DNA of 64,000 bases from Candidatus Caccoplasma sp. (GTDB lineage Bacteria > Bacteroidota > Bacteroidia > Bacteroidales > G3-4614). The notes under the pieces are model-generated. The model saw nothing but the letters and a program-made list of their open reading frames with translations. It searched no databases and had not been told where the DNA came from. This document shows, one piece after another, positions 9,700-20,585 of the stretch (its first letter is position 1; the number at the start of each line of letters is the position of its first letter). The stretch spans positions 16,440 to 80,439 of the forward strand of contig JAZNCN010000001.1 in NCBI GenBank assembly GCA_045587545.1. The letters are read 5' to 3'. The translations under genes and the position numbers were made by a program.

Positions 9700-11538
9700 T
9701 TAATCGTTCATTGATATTAACAACTCTTCGTTTGAATAGGTTTTTTGCATACGATCTTTTATAAACTCCATAGCTTCTACCGAGTTCATATCCGAGAGAT
9801 AGTTGCGAAGTACCCACATTCTTCGTAATGTTTCATCATCTAACAATAAATCGTCACGACGAGTTGATGATGCAATAATATCAACAGCAGGGAATATTCG
9901 TTTATTTGAAAGTTTGCGATCAAGTTGAAGCTCCATATTACCTGTTCCCTTGAACTCCTCAAAGATTACATCGTCCATCTTTGAGCCTGTCTCGGTCAAA
10001 GCTGTTGCTATTATTGTAAGACTTCCTCCGTTTTCAATGTTACGTGCAGCTCCGAAGAAACGTTTTGGTTTGTGTAGTGCGTTGGCATCTACTCCTCCTG
10101 ATAATACTTTACCTGATGCAGGAGATACGGTATTGTATGCACGTGCCAAACGGGTTATTGAGTCAAGAAGAATTACAACATCGTGTCCACACTCAACCAT
10201 TCGTTTTGCTTTTTCCAATACTATGCTGGCTACTTTCACATGGCGTTCTGCAGGCTCATCAAAGGTTGATGATACTACTTCTGCTTTAACGCTTCGTGCC
10301 ATATCGGTAACCTCCTCAGGACGCTCATCAATAAGCAGTATTATCATATATACTTCGGGGTGGTTTGCCGATATTGCATTTGCTATATCTTTTAATAGCA
10401 TAGTTTTTCCCGTTTTTGGCTGAGCGACAATTAATCCGCGTTGTCCTTTTCCTATTGGTGAGAACATATCTACTACTCGTACAGATAAATCATTTCCGTT
10501 ATTCAGTGTAAGGTTGAACTTTTCATCAGGGAAAAGGGGTGTCAAATGGTCAAATGAGATACGATCGCGTACATATTCGGGCGTACGTCCGTTTATCATA
10601 TCAACCTTTACCAATGGGAAGTATTTTTCTCCCTCTTTTGGTGGGCGTATAGGGCCTTCAACTACATCTCCTGTCTTTAATCCAAAAAGTTTTATCTGCG
10701 ATTGTGATACATATATATCGTCGGGTGATGAGAGATAGTTATAGTCTGATGAGCGTAAAAAGCCGTAACCATCGGGCATTATCTCCAATACTCCTGAGCC
10801 TACTATTATATTATCAAATTCGTACTGTTTTTCTTGTTGTTTGGGTTGCTCAACAGGTTGTTGAGTAGTAGCTTGCTCTGAAGTTTCAACTTGCTCCACC
10901 ACTCTGCGTTTTATGGGTGCTGATGCTTGTTGTGCCTGTTTATTACGGGGAACAAAGCGTTGACGTTCGCTATGAGGAAAAAATGATTGAAGATTGCTTG
11001 ATTCGTTGGGAGTTTCTGCCTCTTTTGCAACTTCTTGAACCGATGTTGGCGCTTGAGAAATTTCCGAGTTTTGCGACTTTGACTCTTTTGCTTGCGATTT
11101 TCTTCCTCGTTTTGCAGGTTGTTTTGGTTCTGCAACAGGTATTTCAACTTCTCCTTGTATAGATGGGTGAGTTATTTTTACGGTTTTGGGTGCCTCAACT
11201 GTATTGACAACTGATTGCAAAGGTTCAACTTCTTTATTCTCTATTGATTCTTCTTTCTTTATTTTTGATTTGCGGCTTACCATTCTTTTGGGTTGTGCAT
11301 GCAATGTCGGTTTTTTCTCCTCTATTATGGTTTCCGCTCCTTTTTTATCAGACTTATCTTTATCTGCTTTTACTTTACGATTAGGTTTCTCTGTTGCTGC
11401 TGTTTCGGCTTGATGGTCTAATATCTTATACACTAACTCATCTTTTGCAAACGACGCAACTTTGCTTATGCCCATAGTTTTGGCAATAGTCTGCAAATCC
11501 TCTATTGATTTGTCAGTCAATTCTGAAATGTTATACAT
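9700..11538 (-). CDS. rho: Transcription termination factor Rho with a long N-terminal disordered insertion
   Basis: Walker A AQPKTGKT plus conserved RNA-binding and ATPase domains ([27 protein letters not shown]). About 190 extra K/E/Q/S-rich residues follow the N-terminal helix bundle. Confidence 0.95.
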   Translation of the reverse strand: MYNISELTDKSIEDLQTIAKTMGISKVASFAKDELVYKILDHQAETAATEKPNRKVKADKDKSDKKGAETIIEEKKPTLHAQPKRMVSRKSKIKKEESIENKEVEPLQSVVNTVEAPKTVKITHPSIQGEVEIPVAEPKQPAKRGRKSQAKESKSQNSEISQAPTSVQEVAKEAETPNESSNLQSFFPHSERQRFVPRNKQAQQASAPIKRRVVEQVETSEQATTQQPVEQPKQQEKQYEFDNIIVGSGVLEIMPDGYGFLRSSDYNYLSSPDDIYVSQSQIKLFGLKTGDVVEGPIRPPKEGEKYFPLVKVDMINGRTPEYVRDRISFDHLTPLFPDEKFNLTLNNGNDLSVRVVDMFSPIGKGQRGLIVAQPKTGKTMLLKDIANAISANHPEVYMIILLIDERPEEVTDMARSVKAEVVSSTFDEPAERHVKVASIVLEKAKRMVECGHDVVILLDSITRLARAYNTVSPASGKVLSGGVDANALHKPKRFFGAARNIENGGSLTIIATALTETGSKMDDVIFEEFKGTGNMELQLDRKLSNKRIFPAVDIIASSTRRDDLLLDDETLRRMWVLRNYLSDMNSVEAMEFIKDRMQKTYSNEELLISMND

Positions 11539-11750
11539 GAAATTTTATTGTGTTTTCAAGAAATACTCATGTTCAATATTTGATGAACATTTACTTTCTT
11601 TGATTAATGTTGTTGGATTTTTTACGTTGATTTTACGTATGTGCTGTATGTAAAGACAGGTTATATCTTATTCTGTTTTACTTTGCAAAAATAATATTTT
11701 TTTCTCAATTATACAATTATAAATATAGTTTTGTTCGTATAAATCTTTTA

Positions 11751-12509
11751 TTATATGGTCAATTTTAATTGGTCATACGAGAAATATACATTTTCAGGCA
11801 AATGTTTTGACTCTTCTTGATGCAAGCCCATTTGATGGCTCATATGTATTAGATATGCTTGCTTTGGGGCTACTTTTTTTATTAATGCTAATGCATCAGA
11901 CAGTGTTTGATGTGATATATGCGGAGTATGACGCAATGCATTAACTATAAGCAAATCAAGATTCTTTAGTTTTTCGCACTCCTCTTCATCTATAGTAAGC
12001 ATATCGGTAATATACGCCATATTTGCCATTTTGTATCCAAATACAGGCAAATTGTAGTGCATTGCCCTTATTGGTGTAACCTCTATATCCGAAGCTATTT
12101 TAAAGGGTCTATTTTCAATTATTTTCAAATCAAAAGATGCAACTCCCGGATATCTGTTGGGAGAGAAACAATATGGCAACATTCTGCGAACTGTATTTTC
12201 AACCGATGACTCAAGATATAGGGGCATATCTTTTGTGTAACAGAAAGAACGCAACTCATCTAAGCCTGCTATATGGTCGTAATGGTGATGGGTGAGCAAC
12301 ACCGCATCTAATTGTTTAATATTTGAACGCAACATCTGTTGTCTGAAGTCGGGTCCGCAATCTATTAATATATTTTTATTGTTATGGGTAATCAATATTG
12401 ACGAACGGAGACGTTTATCGCGAAAATCGACAGAACGACATACTTCACATTCACACCCTATTTGAGGTATGCCTGTTGATGTTCCCGTTCCTAAAAAAAG
12501 TATCTCCAT
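11751..12509 (-). CDS. MBL-fold metallo-hydrolase (PhnP-like)
   Basis: Contains the HHHYDH metal-binding motif (LLTHHHYDHIAGL). N-terminus is ILFLGTGTSTGIP. Confidence 0.8.
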   Translation of the reverse strand: MEILFLGTGTSTGIPQIGCECEVCRSVDFRDKRLRSSILITHNNKNILIDCGPDFRQQMLRSNIKQLDAVLLTHHHYDHIAGLDELRSFCYTKDMPLYLESSVENTVRRMLPYCFSPNRYPGVASFDLKIIENRPFKIASDIEVTPIRAMHYNLPVFGYKMANMAYITDMLTIDEEECEKLKNLDLLIVNALRHTPHISHQTLSDALALIKKVAPKQAYLIHMSHQMGLHQEESKHLPENVYFSYDQLKLTI

Positions 12510-12530
12510 TTTCTCTACTTTCTATAACAC

Positions 12531-13535
12531 TTATATGTAATTTACTTCTGGAGTTATGATTACTCCATATTTCTCATAAACAGAGTTTTTTATTTGTAAT
12601 GCCAACTCTATTACATCTTGTGGCGTAGCATTATTATCATTTACCAATACCAAACATTGTTTGGGATAAACAGCAGCTCCCCCTACTCTCTTACCATGCC
12701 AACCGGCTTTATCAATAAGCCATGCGGCTGAAAGCTTAACCTTTCCGTCCGATGCAGGATATGAAGGCATTTCGGGATATTGTTTTTTTAAATCCTGATA
12801 TTTTTCTGTTTCAACTACAGGATTTATAAAGAAACTTCCTGCACTTCCTTTTTCTGAAGGCTCAGGTAATTTCTGCTTACGTACAGATATTACCGCATTG
12901 CGAACAGAGATTAATGTTGGCTCTTCTCCTACGACTGCCTGTAAATTTCCATATGTAAGTTTGAATATCGGATTTTTATGAAGTTTGAACTCAACATGAG
13001 TAACTATGTATTGTCCACGAAGTTCTTTTTTGAATATGCTTGTTCTGTATCCGTAATTACACTCTTTGTTTGTAAATATTCTCTCTTCGCCTGTCTCTAC
13101 AGAGATAGTATATACTCGCTCTATTAAATCTTTGGCCTCGACACCATATGCTCCTACATTTTGTACTGCTGAGGCTCCCACTTCCCCCGGTATGTATGAG
13201 AGATTTTCTGCTCCACCCCAGCCATTTTGCACGGTATATGCGACAAAATCGTCCCACACTACTCCTGCTCCGACTTTTAGATATACAAAATCCAAATCTT
13301 CTGTTTTTGCATATGTTTTTATACATGAATGTATTATAATTCCTGTATAATCTTTTGTAAACAAGAGATTGCTTCCTCCTCCTATATGAAGATTGTTATT
13401 ATTCTTTATTAAGGGAGATATTAGTAATGAGCGTAAATCTTCAACCGTTTCATATTCGGCAAAGTATCTTGTATTTACATTCATACCAAATGTATGATAT
13501 GGCTTTAATGATATGTTTTCTTCTATTCTTATCAT
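12531..13535 (-). CDS. murB: UDP-N-acetylenolpyruvoylglucosamine reductase
   Basis: FAD-binding GGGSNLLF and SAGSFFINP motifs. 334 aa. Confidence 0.9.
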   Translation of the reverse strand: MIRIEENISLKPYHTFGMNVNTRYFAEYETVEDLRSLLISPLIKNNNNLHIGGGSNLLFTKDYTGIIIHSCIKTYAKTEDLDFVYLKVGAGVVWDDFVAYTVQNGWGGAENLSYIPGEVGASAVQNVGAYGVEAKDLIERVYTISVETGEERIFTNKECNYGYRTSIFKKELRGQYIVTHVEFKLHKNPIFKLTYGNLQAVVGEEPTLISVRNAVISVRKQKLPEPSEKGSAGSFFINPVVETEKYQDLKKQYPEMPSYPASDGKVKLSAAWLIDKAGWHGKRVGGAAVYPKQCLVLVNDNNATPQDVIELALQIKNSVYEKYGVIITPEVNYI

Positions 13536-13545
13536 TTTTGTATTT

Positions 13546-14457
13546 TTACATTTGTCTGAAATTTACCAATAATCCGTCTTTAAACTCCAAATATGTTCCT
13601 GTATTGTAATACCATCTCTCTCTTAATCCTGAATATTCCGGCAATTGATTTACTTTATTGGGTAAGCCTATTGATATTTTACACTCATCTTTTGTCATTC
13701 CCAATGTTACTTTTGATTGCGTTATATATTGCCAAATTTCATCTTTTATTTGCGGATACTTGTTTTTGGGATTGGCAAATGTAAATATTTTATCGAATGT
13801 GGAGTATTGCGATGTTGTCAATGGTTTGTACATTGTGGTATATACTGAATATTCTTCTCCTCCTATTGTTTTAAATTTAACAGATAGTGGAAATATTTTA
13901 TTTCCTGCAGAAACCTCAACTATTGTTATAGGTACATATTTTTGACCCTTTGTTTCAACGCCATCTTTATTGTACCAATTTGGTGTTTTTATATATAATT
14001 CTTTACCCTTTAATAAAGAGTCTGCTCTTTGTATGTAATCTAATGATACCAATTCGGGTAATAGAGGTTTAAATTCAGAGTTTAATATATCTGATAAAGG
14101 TTTTGATACTTTATATTTATATTCTTGGTTTGCATACTCATATAATATAAATGTTTGTACCCCACTCCATGTTTGCTCTTCTTTTAAACCTTTATACTTA
14201 AATATTTCTCCTTTTATCCCTTTGTTTTCAGGATCTGAAATATTTTGTACATTTTCTTCTAACAACGACGGGAACTCTTCTGTAACACATATAAACATTT
14301 TACCACTCTCCCAATCTTTTAATGGTTCTTCTTTAAAGTTTGCCATATATGAATGTTCAAGTGATATGATCTCCTCGTTTTTTCCCATCTTTGTAGCTGT
14401 ACATGATATTAAAATGAGAAATATAAGACTCAATATGTTATGATAATATAACATCAT
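13546..14457 (-). CDS. Lipoprotein of unknown function with a BamE/SmpA-OmlA-like C-terminus
   Basis: Lipobox-like LILISC. The C-terminal LGMTKDECKISIGLPNKVN...WYYNTGTYLEFKDGLLVNF resembles the SmpA_OmlA fold signature. Confidence 0.5.
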   Translation of the reverse strand: MMLYYHNILSLIFLILISCTATKMGKNEEIISLEHSYMANFKEEPLKDWESGKMFICVTEEFPSLLEENVQNISDPENKGIKGEIFKYKGLKEEQTWSGVQTFILYEYANQEYKYKVSKPLSDILNSEFKPLLPELVSLDYIQRADSLLKGKELYIKTPNWYNKDGVETKGQKYVPITIVEVSAGNKIFPLSVKFKTIGGEEYSVYTTMYKPLTTSQYSTFDKIFTFANPKNKYPQIKDEIWQYITQSKVTLGMTKDECKISIGLPNKVNQLPEYSGLRERWYYNTGTYLEFKDGLLVNFRQM

Positions 14458-15863
14458 TATATTTTATCGTCAATATGGTTACGTAATATTACTTTTATTT
14501 TATTAATTGTGTCTCGAATATATGATACTCTATCTTCTTCCTCTTTTGTTAGTTTTTTTTCATAATCTAAATATGCTATTATCTCTTCTGCCCTGCTAAT
14601 GTTTTTATGCATATTCTCAACATCGTGCATTTCGGAATACGCATATATGATTTTAAAATATATCTCTAAATCATATTTATCAACTTCACATACCTTTTTA
14701 TAATACCATATTGCCTCTTCCTGCATTCCACTCTTTATAAGAATATCTCCATATAGTGTAAACATTTTCAAGTTATCCCAATTTGATTCTTCCAAATCAA
14801 GATTTTTTATGGTTTCATGAGCATTATAATAATCTTCAATTTCGTAATATACTTTTGCTAAAAAATATATTGTTTCACTATCATACGGCTCTTCTTCAAG
14901 TGATTTTTTCAATAAATCTATAACATTATCATTATCGTGATACAAATTATAGATATTATGTGCCATCAAATATAACGAACGAGAATTATGCGAATATGTT
15001 TTTAACATATCTTCCAAAATATCAATACTTTTAGCATATTCATTCATATTTGCATAACAGGTTGCCAAAAGCATATATATATTTTCGTCCTTTTTTATAT
15101 TATTATCTTCAAGCAGTGAAATTGCCTCTTTTTCATTCCCTTGATTTGCAATACAATATGCTTTATAAAAAAGCACTTCTGAGTTTGTGGCATCTATAAC
15201 CAATGCATACTCTATTGCATCTAATGCTTTAGGAAGATCTGACAACAATATGTAAGTCTCTATTGCTTTAATCCAATCAGGTAGGGAATATGGCTCTTTA
15301 TCAAGTATCTTTTCTATTATCTGAGCCTGCATCTCTGTTTCAGAAAGTTCTTCCAATATAGATATAAAATCACGCAATATGGGTAACTGCTGCTGAGATT
15401 CAATGTTATTTATTGCAGAAATTATTGATAAAAACAGATCAGAGAATAACTTATAATCTGCACATATATCAATTATATTGAGGATAAAATCTGATGTTAT
15501 ATTGGGAGCATTTAATAAATGCTTTACTATATCTACAGCTGTATCAATATTACCATCAATAAGTAATAATTCAACTCTAATGCATTGAGCATCATCGTCA
15601 AGAGTTGTTACCTCCGACATTACATCGCGAGCCTCCTCAACTTTTCCCAGTACCAACAGGTAATAAGCTTTACGTGTTTTTAGTTCTTGTGATGATGGGT
15701 GATACTTCAATCCTGTCTCAATGGACAAAAGTGCATCTTCAAGTTTTGACGACATCTCATATTCTAATGCGATGTCGTCAAACTCATCTGCGTCAAACCA
15801 ACTGCTGCCCTCACCGCGCAACATTTTTTCATACCTTAATAATAAGTCTGATTTGTTGCTCAT
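14457..15863 (-). CDS. TPR-repeat protein of unknown function
   Basis: 468 aa of helical-repeat sequence with no signal peptide. Its stop overlaps the start of the downstream lipoprotein gene. Confidence 0.6.
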   Translation of the reverse strand: MSNKSDLLLRYEKMLRGEGSSWFDADEFDDIALEYEMSSKLEDALLSIETGLKYHPSSQELKTRKAYYLLVLGKVEEARDVMSEVTTLDDDAQCIRVELLLIDGNIDTAVDIVKHLLNAPNITSDFILNIIDICADYKLFSDLFLSIISAINNIESQQQLPILRDFISILEELSETEMQAQIIEKILDKEPYSLPDWIKAIETYILLSDLPKALDAIEYALVIDATNSEVLFYKAYCIANQGNEKEAISLLEDNNIKKDENIYMLLATCYANMNEYAKSIDILEDMLKTYSHNSRSLYLMAHNIYNLYHDNDNVIDLLKKSLEEEPYDSETIYFLAKVYYEIEDYYNAHETIKNLDLEESNWDNLKMFTLYGDILIKSGMQEEAIWYYKKVCEVDKYDLEIYFKIIYAYSEMHDVENMHKNISRAEEIIAYLDYEKKLTKEEEDRVSYIRDTINKIKVILRNHIDDKI

Positions 15864-15898
15864 ATATTATTGCTGTATAGCAGTTAATTTTGACTATA

Positions 15899-17599
15899 TT
15901 ATTGTGCTTTATATCCGTCTTTTAATGATACAGTACGGTTAAATACTAATTTACCGGGACAAGAATCTTTATCAACACAGAAATATCCTATACGTTGGAA
16001 TTGATAACGGTTTCCTACTTCTGCTGTTTCGGCAAGGTATTGCTCGGCATAACCTTTTACTGTTACTAAAGAATCGGGATTTAATAGTTCTCTAAAATCT
16101 TTTTCTTTCTCTTCTGCTGGGTTTTCAACAATAAATAGACGGTCATATAGCCTGATCTCTATCTCTTGATTATATTGTGCCGAAACCCAATGAAGCGTAC
16201 CTTTTACTTTACGCGCACTCTCGGGCATTCCGCTTCTTGTAAGTGGATCGTATTCACAATATACCTCTTCAAGTTTTCCTTCCGAATCGTATTTACAACC
16301 TGTACATTTTACTATATATGCTCCTTTTAGACGAACCTCTTTACCGGGTGTCATACGGAAGAATTTTTTAGGCGCATCTTCCATAAAGTCCTCACGTTCA
16401 ATATAAAGCTCGCGTGTAAATGGCATTTTATGTGTTCCTGCATTCTCTTGTTCGGGATTATTATCCATATCAACATACTCAACTTCTCCCTCGGGATAGT
16501 TGGTAATAATTAGTTTTACAGGATTTATAACTGCTGAAACTCTTGTTGCATTTTTATTAAGGTCCTCACGAATGCTATGTTCAAGAAGTCCTACACTTAT
16601 AAGTCCGTCATATTTTGTATAACCAATCTTATCAACAAAAGCACGTATTGACTCAGGAGTATATCCTCGACGACGTAATCCACAAATGGTTGGCATTCGA
16701 GGATCGTCCCAACCACACACTAATCCTTCTTGTACCAATTGTAAAAGTTTACGTTTACTCATTACGGTATAGGTAAGATTTAAACGATTAAACTCCATTT
16801 GACGAGGACGGTATGTTTCGTCTGCAATAAGATCAATAAACCAATTATATAATGGACGATGTACCTCAAACTCTAATGTACATATTGAGTGTGTTACTCC
16901 TTCAAAATAGTCAGATTGTCCATGAGCATAATCGTACATGGGATATACATTCCATGTTGTTCCTGTTCTGTGATGAGGATATTTGATTATACGATACATT
17001 ATAGGATCGCGGAAGTGCATATTTGGCGATGCCATATCTATTTTAGCTCTCAATACCATACTACCCTCCTCAAACTCACCTTTATTCATTCTTTCAAACA
17101 AATCAAGTGTCTCCTCTATAGGTCGATCACGGTATGGCGAGGGAGTTCCCGGTTGTGTCGGTGTTCCTTTTTGGGCTGCTATTTGCTCTGATGTTTGTTC
17201 ATCGACATACGCATATCCCTCTTTTATTAAACGTATGGCTAAATCCCACAATTTTTGGAAATAGTCTGATGCATAATACAAGCGGTCGCCCCAATCAAAA
17301 CCTAACCACTTTATATCCTCTTTAATTGCCTCAACATACTCTGTTCCCTCTTTTGCCGGGTTGGTATCATCAAAACGGAGGTTGCATGTTCCTCCAAATT
17401 TCTCCGCAATACCAAAATCCATACATATTGCTTTGGCATGTCCTATATGTAGATAGCCATTAGGTTCGGGCGGGAAACGGGTATTTAAACGTCCTCCGTT
17501 TTTACCTGCAGCCAAATCATCAGACACGGCTTGCTCTATAAAATTCAAGCTCTTTACTTTTTCCTCCTCTATGGGTTCAATATTTGTTGTCATATTCAA
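15899..17599 (-). CDS. glnS: Glutamine--tRNA ligase
   Basis: HIGH motif PEPNGYLHIGHAK, KMSKS-like VMSKRKL, and a GlnRS-type C-terminal anticodon-binding domain. Confidence 0.95.
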   Translation of the reverse strand: MNMTTNIEPIEEEKVKSLNFIEQAVSDDLAAGKNGGRLNTRFPPEPNGYLHIGHAKAICMDFGIAEKFGGTCNLRFDDTNPAKEGTEYVEAIKEDIKWLGFDWGDRLYYASDYFQKLWDLAIRLIKEGYAYVDEQTSEQIAAQKGTPTQPGTPSPYRDRPIEETLDLFERMNKGEFEEGSMVLRAKIDMASPNMHFRDPIMYRIIKYPHHRTGTTWNVYPMYDYAHGQSDYFEGVTHSICTLEFEVHRPLYNWFIDLIADETYRPRQMEFNRLNLTYTVMSKRKLLQLVQEGLVCGWDDPRMPTICGLRRRGYTPESIRAFVDKIGYTKYDGLISVGLLEHSIREDLNKNATRVSAVINPVKLIITNYPEGEVEYVDMDNNPEQENAGTHKMPFTRELYIEREDFMEDAPKKFFRMTPGKEVRLKGAYIVKCTGCKYDSEGKLEEVYCEYDPLTRSGMPESARKVKGTLHWVSAQYNQEIEIRLYDRLFIVENPAEEKEKDFRELLNPDSLVTVKGYAEQYLAETAEVGNRYQFQRIGYFCVDKDSCPGKLVFNRTVSLKDGYKAQ

Positions 17600-17835
17600 T
17601 TATATTCTTAAACTGCAAAATTAGATATTTTTTCGCAAATAGAGTGATTTTAAGTATAAAATATATTATCGATTTTTTCTTTTACTTTAATTGATAGCTG
17701 TTATTTCAATAATTAAGCTAAAGCAATTTTATGATAAAAATAAATTAATTATCTTCGCATTTTATTACAAACGCTATTAGTAGCCAACTTATATTCTGAA
17801 AATTAAGCAATTATATTTATAATCATTTTATTATA

Positions 17836-20310
17836 ATGATATACCCAAATAATTTTGAGCAAAAAATAGGCTTTGATAAAATAAGAAATAAAATTAAAGA
17901 TTGCTGTCTTTCTGTATTAGGGAAAGAGGCTGCCGATGAAATTGAATTTTCCAATCATTACAAAACGATAGTCAGAAAAGTTGAAGAATGTAATGAATTT
18001 TTATCTATAATAGAGAGCGAGAAGGATTTTCCGTGCGACCATTTTTATGATGTCCGTACTGCCCTAAAACGTCTTAAAGTTGAAGGGACATATATTGATG
18101 CAAATGAACTTTTTGATTTAAGACGTTCTCTTGCTTCAATCATAAATATTATAGCCTTTTTACGAAGTGGCGAAGAGGAAGAAAAAGTTATATATCCCCG
18201 ATTAAAAGCCCTTACTGAAAATATTGCTACATTTCCGGAAATTCTTAAGAAAGCTGATTTAATAATTGATAAATTTGGACAGGTAAAAGATAATGCTTCG
18301 CCTGCCTTGTACGATATAAGGCGTGAAATAAGCAGCAAAGTAAACTCTATATCTCGTAGTTTATCATCAATTCTTAAAAAGGCTCGCGAGGAAGGAATTG
18401 TTGAAAAAGATGTTACGCCAACCATGAGAGATGGACGTTTGGTAATACCTGTAATGCCTGCCCATAAACGTAAAATAAAGGGTATAGTTCACGATGAATC
18501 GGCAAGCGGAAAAACTGTTTTTATTGAACCGGCAGAAGTTGTAGAAGCAAATAACAGAATTAGAGAATTAGAGGGAGAAGAGAGACGTGAGATTATTAAA
18601 ATATTAACAGAATTCTCAGATATTATTCGTCCGCATATTGACGATATGGTTTACTCATATTTGTTCATGGGCGAAATTGATTTAATCAGAGCCAAAGCTG
18701 TTTTTGCAAAAAACATTGAGGCACGAATGCCCAAGATTGATAACTATTGTCAAATTGATTGGTATGGTGCGGTTCACCCATTATTATATTTGTCTTTAAA
18801 ACGGCAAAACAAGAAGGTTGTTCCATTGGAGATATGCTTAGACAAAACAAATAGAATATTGATTATTTCAGGTCCTAATGCAGGAGGTAAATCTGTTTGT
18901 TTAAAGAGCGTAGGTCTTTTACAATACATGTTGCAGTGCGGACTTCTTGTTCCAATGAATGACAATTCACGAGTAGGTATTTTTGAAGACATTTTTATTG
19001 ATATTGGCGACGAACAATCAATTGAAGATGATTTGAGCACATATAGTTCTCACTTAATGAACATGAAGCATTTTGTAAAGAACTGCGGAGAAAAATCTCT
19101 TCTTCTAATTGATGAGTTTGGAGGAGGAACCGAACCTCGCATTGGAGGGGCTATAGCCGAAGCTCTACTTGACCGCTTTAATAAACGAAAATCTTTTGGA
19201 GTAATTACTACTCATTACCAAAATCTCAAACAATTTGCTGAAGATAATAAAGGTATCATAAATGGTGCTATGCTATATGACAGGCACCTTATGCAACCCT
19301 TGTTCAAACTCTCTATTGGCAATCCTGGCAGCTCATTTGCTATTGAAATTGCCCGTAAAATAGGATTACCGGAAGATGTCATTGAAGAGGCTTCTGAAAT
19401 TGTCGGAAAAGAGTATGTCTCAATGGATAAATATCTTCAGGATATTGTACGAGACAAAAGATATTGGGAGCAAAAACGACAAAATGTAAGATTAATGGAA
19501 AAACGTCTTGAAGAGACCATAATCCGTTATGAAAAAGATGTTTTGAAATTAGACAAAGAACGCAAAGAGATTATCAAAGATGCTAAAAATGAGGCGCAAA
19601 ATATATTAAGTGGTGCTAATGCAAAAATTGAAAACACCATCAGGGGCATAAAAGAGGCTCAAGCAGAGAAGGAACGCACCAAAGCTCTTAGAGAAGAGAT
19701 GCTCAAATTTAAAGAGAAAATTAGCGATAAAGAGGAAAAAAGCAAAAAATTAACCGAAAAGATTGAAAGAATAAACAAAAATAAAAAGAGACATAAGAAT
19801 AATAGAGAGACATCAACAAATAAAATATTAATTGATTCTCCTCTTGCAATTGGCGATGCTGTTAAATTAAAAGAGAATGGAAATGTTGTTGGTGAAATTA
19901 TTGAAATTAACGGAAAAAATGCATTAGTAGCTTTTGGTATGATTAAAAGTTCTGTTAAGATTGACAAACTTGAACGTACAAGTAAATCATTAATAAAAAA
20001 ACAAAATACTAAAACCGTATTTCTAAGTTCATCGACAACTGATGATATTAGAAAAAAACAACTATCATTTAGTAGTGAACTTGACGTAAGAGGTATGCGT
20101 GGCGACGAGGCTATTGAGAGTGTTGCAGCCTTTATTGATACTGCTGTTTTATCAGGATATTCAAATTTAAGAATTTTACACGGTACAGGAAACGGAATTC
20201 TTCAACAACTGGTCAGAAATTATCTTCGTAAAATAGATGCTGTAAAAAATTATAGAGAAGAAGATATACAATTAGGAGGAGCAGGTATTACAGTTGTTGA
20301 GTTATATTAG
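17836..20310 (+). CDS. mutS2: Endonuclease MutS2 (MutS domain V ATPase plus C-terminal Smr)
   Basis: Walker A GPNAGGKS, coiled-coil linker, and Smr domain LDVRGMRGDEA...LRILHGTGNGIL. Confidence 0.9.
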   Translation: MIYPNNFEQKIGFDKIRNKIKDCCLSVLGKEAADEIEFSNHYKTIVRKVEECNEFLSIIESEKDFPCDHFYDVRTALKRLKVEGTYIDANELFDLRRSLASIINIIAFLRSGEEEEKVIYPRLKALTENIATFPEILKKADLIIDKFGQVKDNASPALYDIRREISSKVNSISRSLSSILKKAREEGIVEKDVTPTMRDGRLVIPVMPAHKRKIKGIVHDESASGKTVFIEPAEVVEANNRIRELEGEERREIIKILTEFSDIIRPHIDDMVYSYLFMGEIDLIRAKAVFAKNIEARMPKIDNYCQIDWYGAVHPLLYLSLKRQNKKVVPLEICLDKTNRILIISGPNAGGKSVCLKSVGLLQYMLQCGLLVPMNDNSRVGIFEDIFIDIGDEQSIEDDLSTYSSHLMNMKHFVKNCGEKSLLLIDEFGGGTEPRIGGAIAEALLDRFNKRKSFGVITTHYQNLKQFAEDNKGIINGAMLYDRHLMQPLFKLSIGNPGSSFAIEIARKIGLPEDVIEEASEIVGKEYVSMDKYLQDIVRDKRYWEQKRQNVRLMEKRLEETIIRYEKDVLKLDKERKEIIKDAKNEAQNILSGANAKIENTIRGIKEAQAEKERTKALREEMLKFKEKISDKEEKSKKLTEKIERINKNKKRHKNNRETSTNKILIDSPLAIGDAVKLKENGNVVGEIIEINGKNALVAFGMIKSSVKIDKLERTSKSLIKKQNTKTVFLSSSTTDDIRKKQLSFSSELDVRGMRGDEAIESVAAFIDTAVLSGYSNLRILHGTGNGILQQLVRNYLRKIDAVKNYREEDIQLGGAGITVVELY

Positions 20311-20315
20311 TTATT

Positions 20316-20498
20316 ATGAGAAAAAGAAAACTTACCCCTTTTAATGTTATATGTATTGCCGCCATATGGCTGATATTATGCTTTTTTGTAATTAAAGGGC
20401 ATGGAGGAATAAATGGTCAAAGTGCATTTGCGATAATTGCATCGGGAATTATTGTTTTTGTTCCCATATACAAAATGTTTAGAAAAAAGAAAGAATAG
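20316..20498 (+). CDS. Small two-TM membrane protein (hypothetical)
   Basis: 60-aa ORF starting 6 nt after the mutS2 stop. It has two hydrophobic helices and basic ends. No homology is recognisable. Confidence 0.35.
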   Translation: MRKRKLTPFNVICIAAIWLILCFFVIKGHGGINGQSAFAIIASGIIVFVPIYKMFRKKKE

Positions 20499-20543
20499 CA
20501 CTTTAATTTGAATCAAAAAATTTTTATTTTTGATAAAATGAGG

Positions 20544-20551
20544 TAATTTTG
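20544..20551 (+). promoter_or_regulatory. Candidate -7 promoter box TAATTTTG for dxs
   Basis: TAnnTTTG lies 35 bp upstream of the dxs ATG. Confidence 0.35.
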
Positions 20552-20585
20552 CAAAATGCATTATTGTGTTTGTTCTTAATTTATT

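Noticed and set aside
13057-13350. Short ORFs overlapping murB (13057-13326 minus, 13066-13350 and 13148-13339 plus)
   Set aside because: They are alternative-frame or antisense ORFs inside a confidently identified murB, with no independent support.
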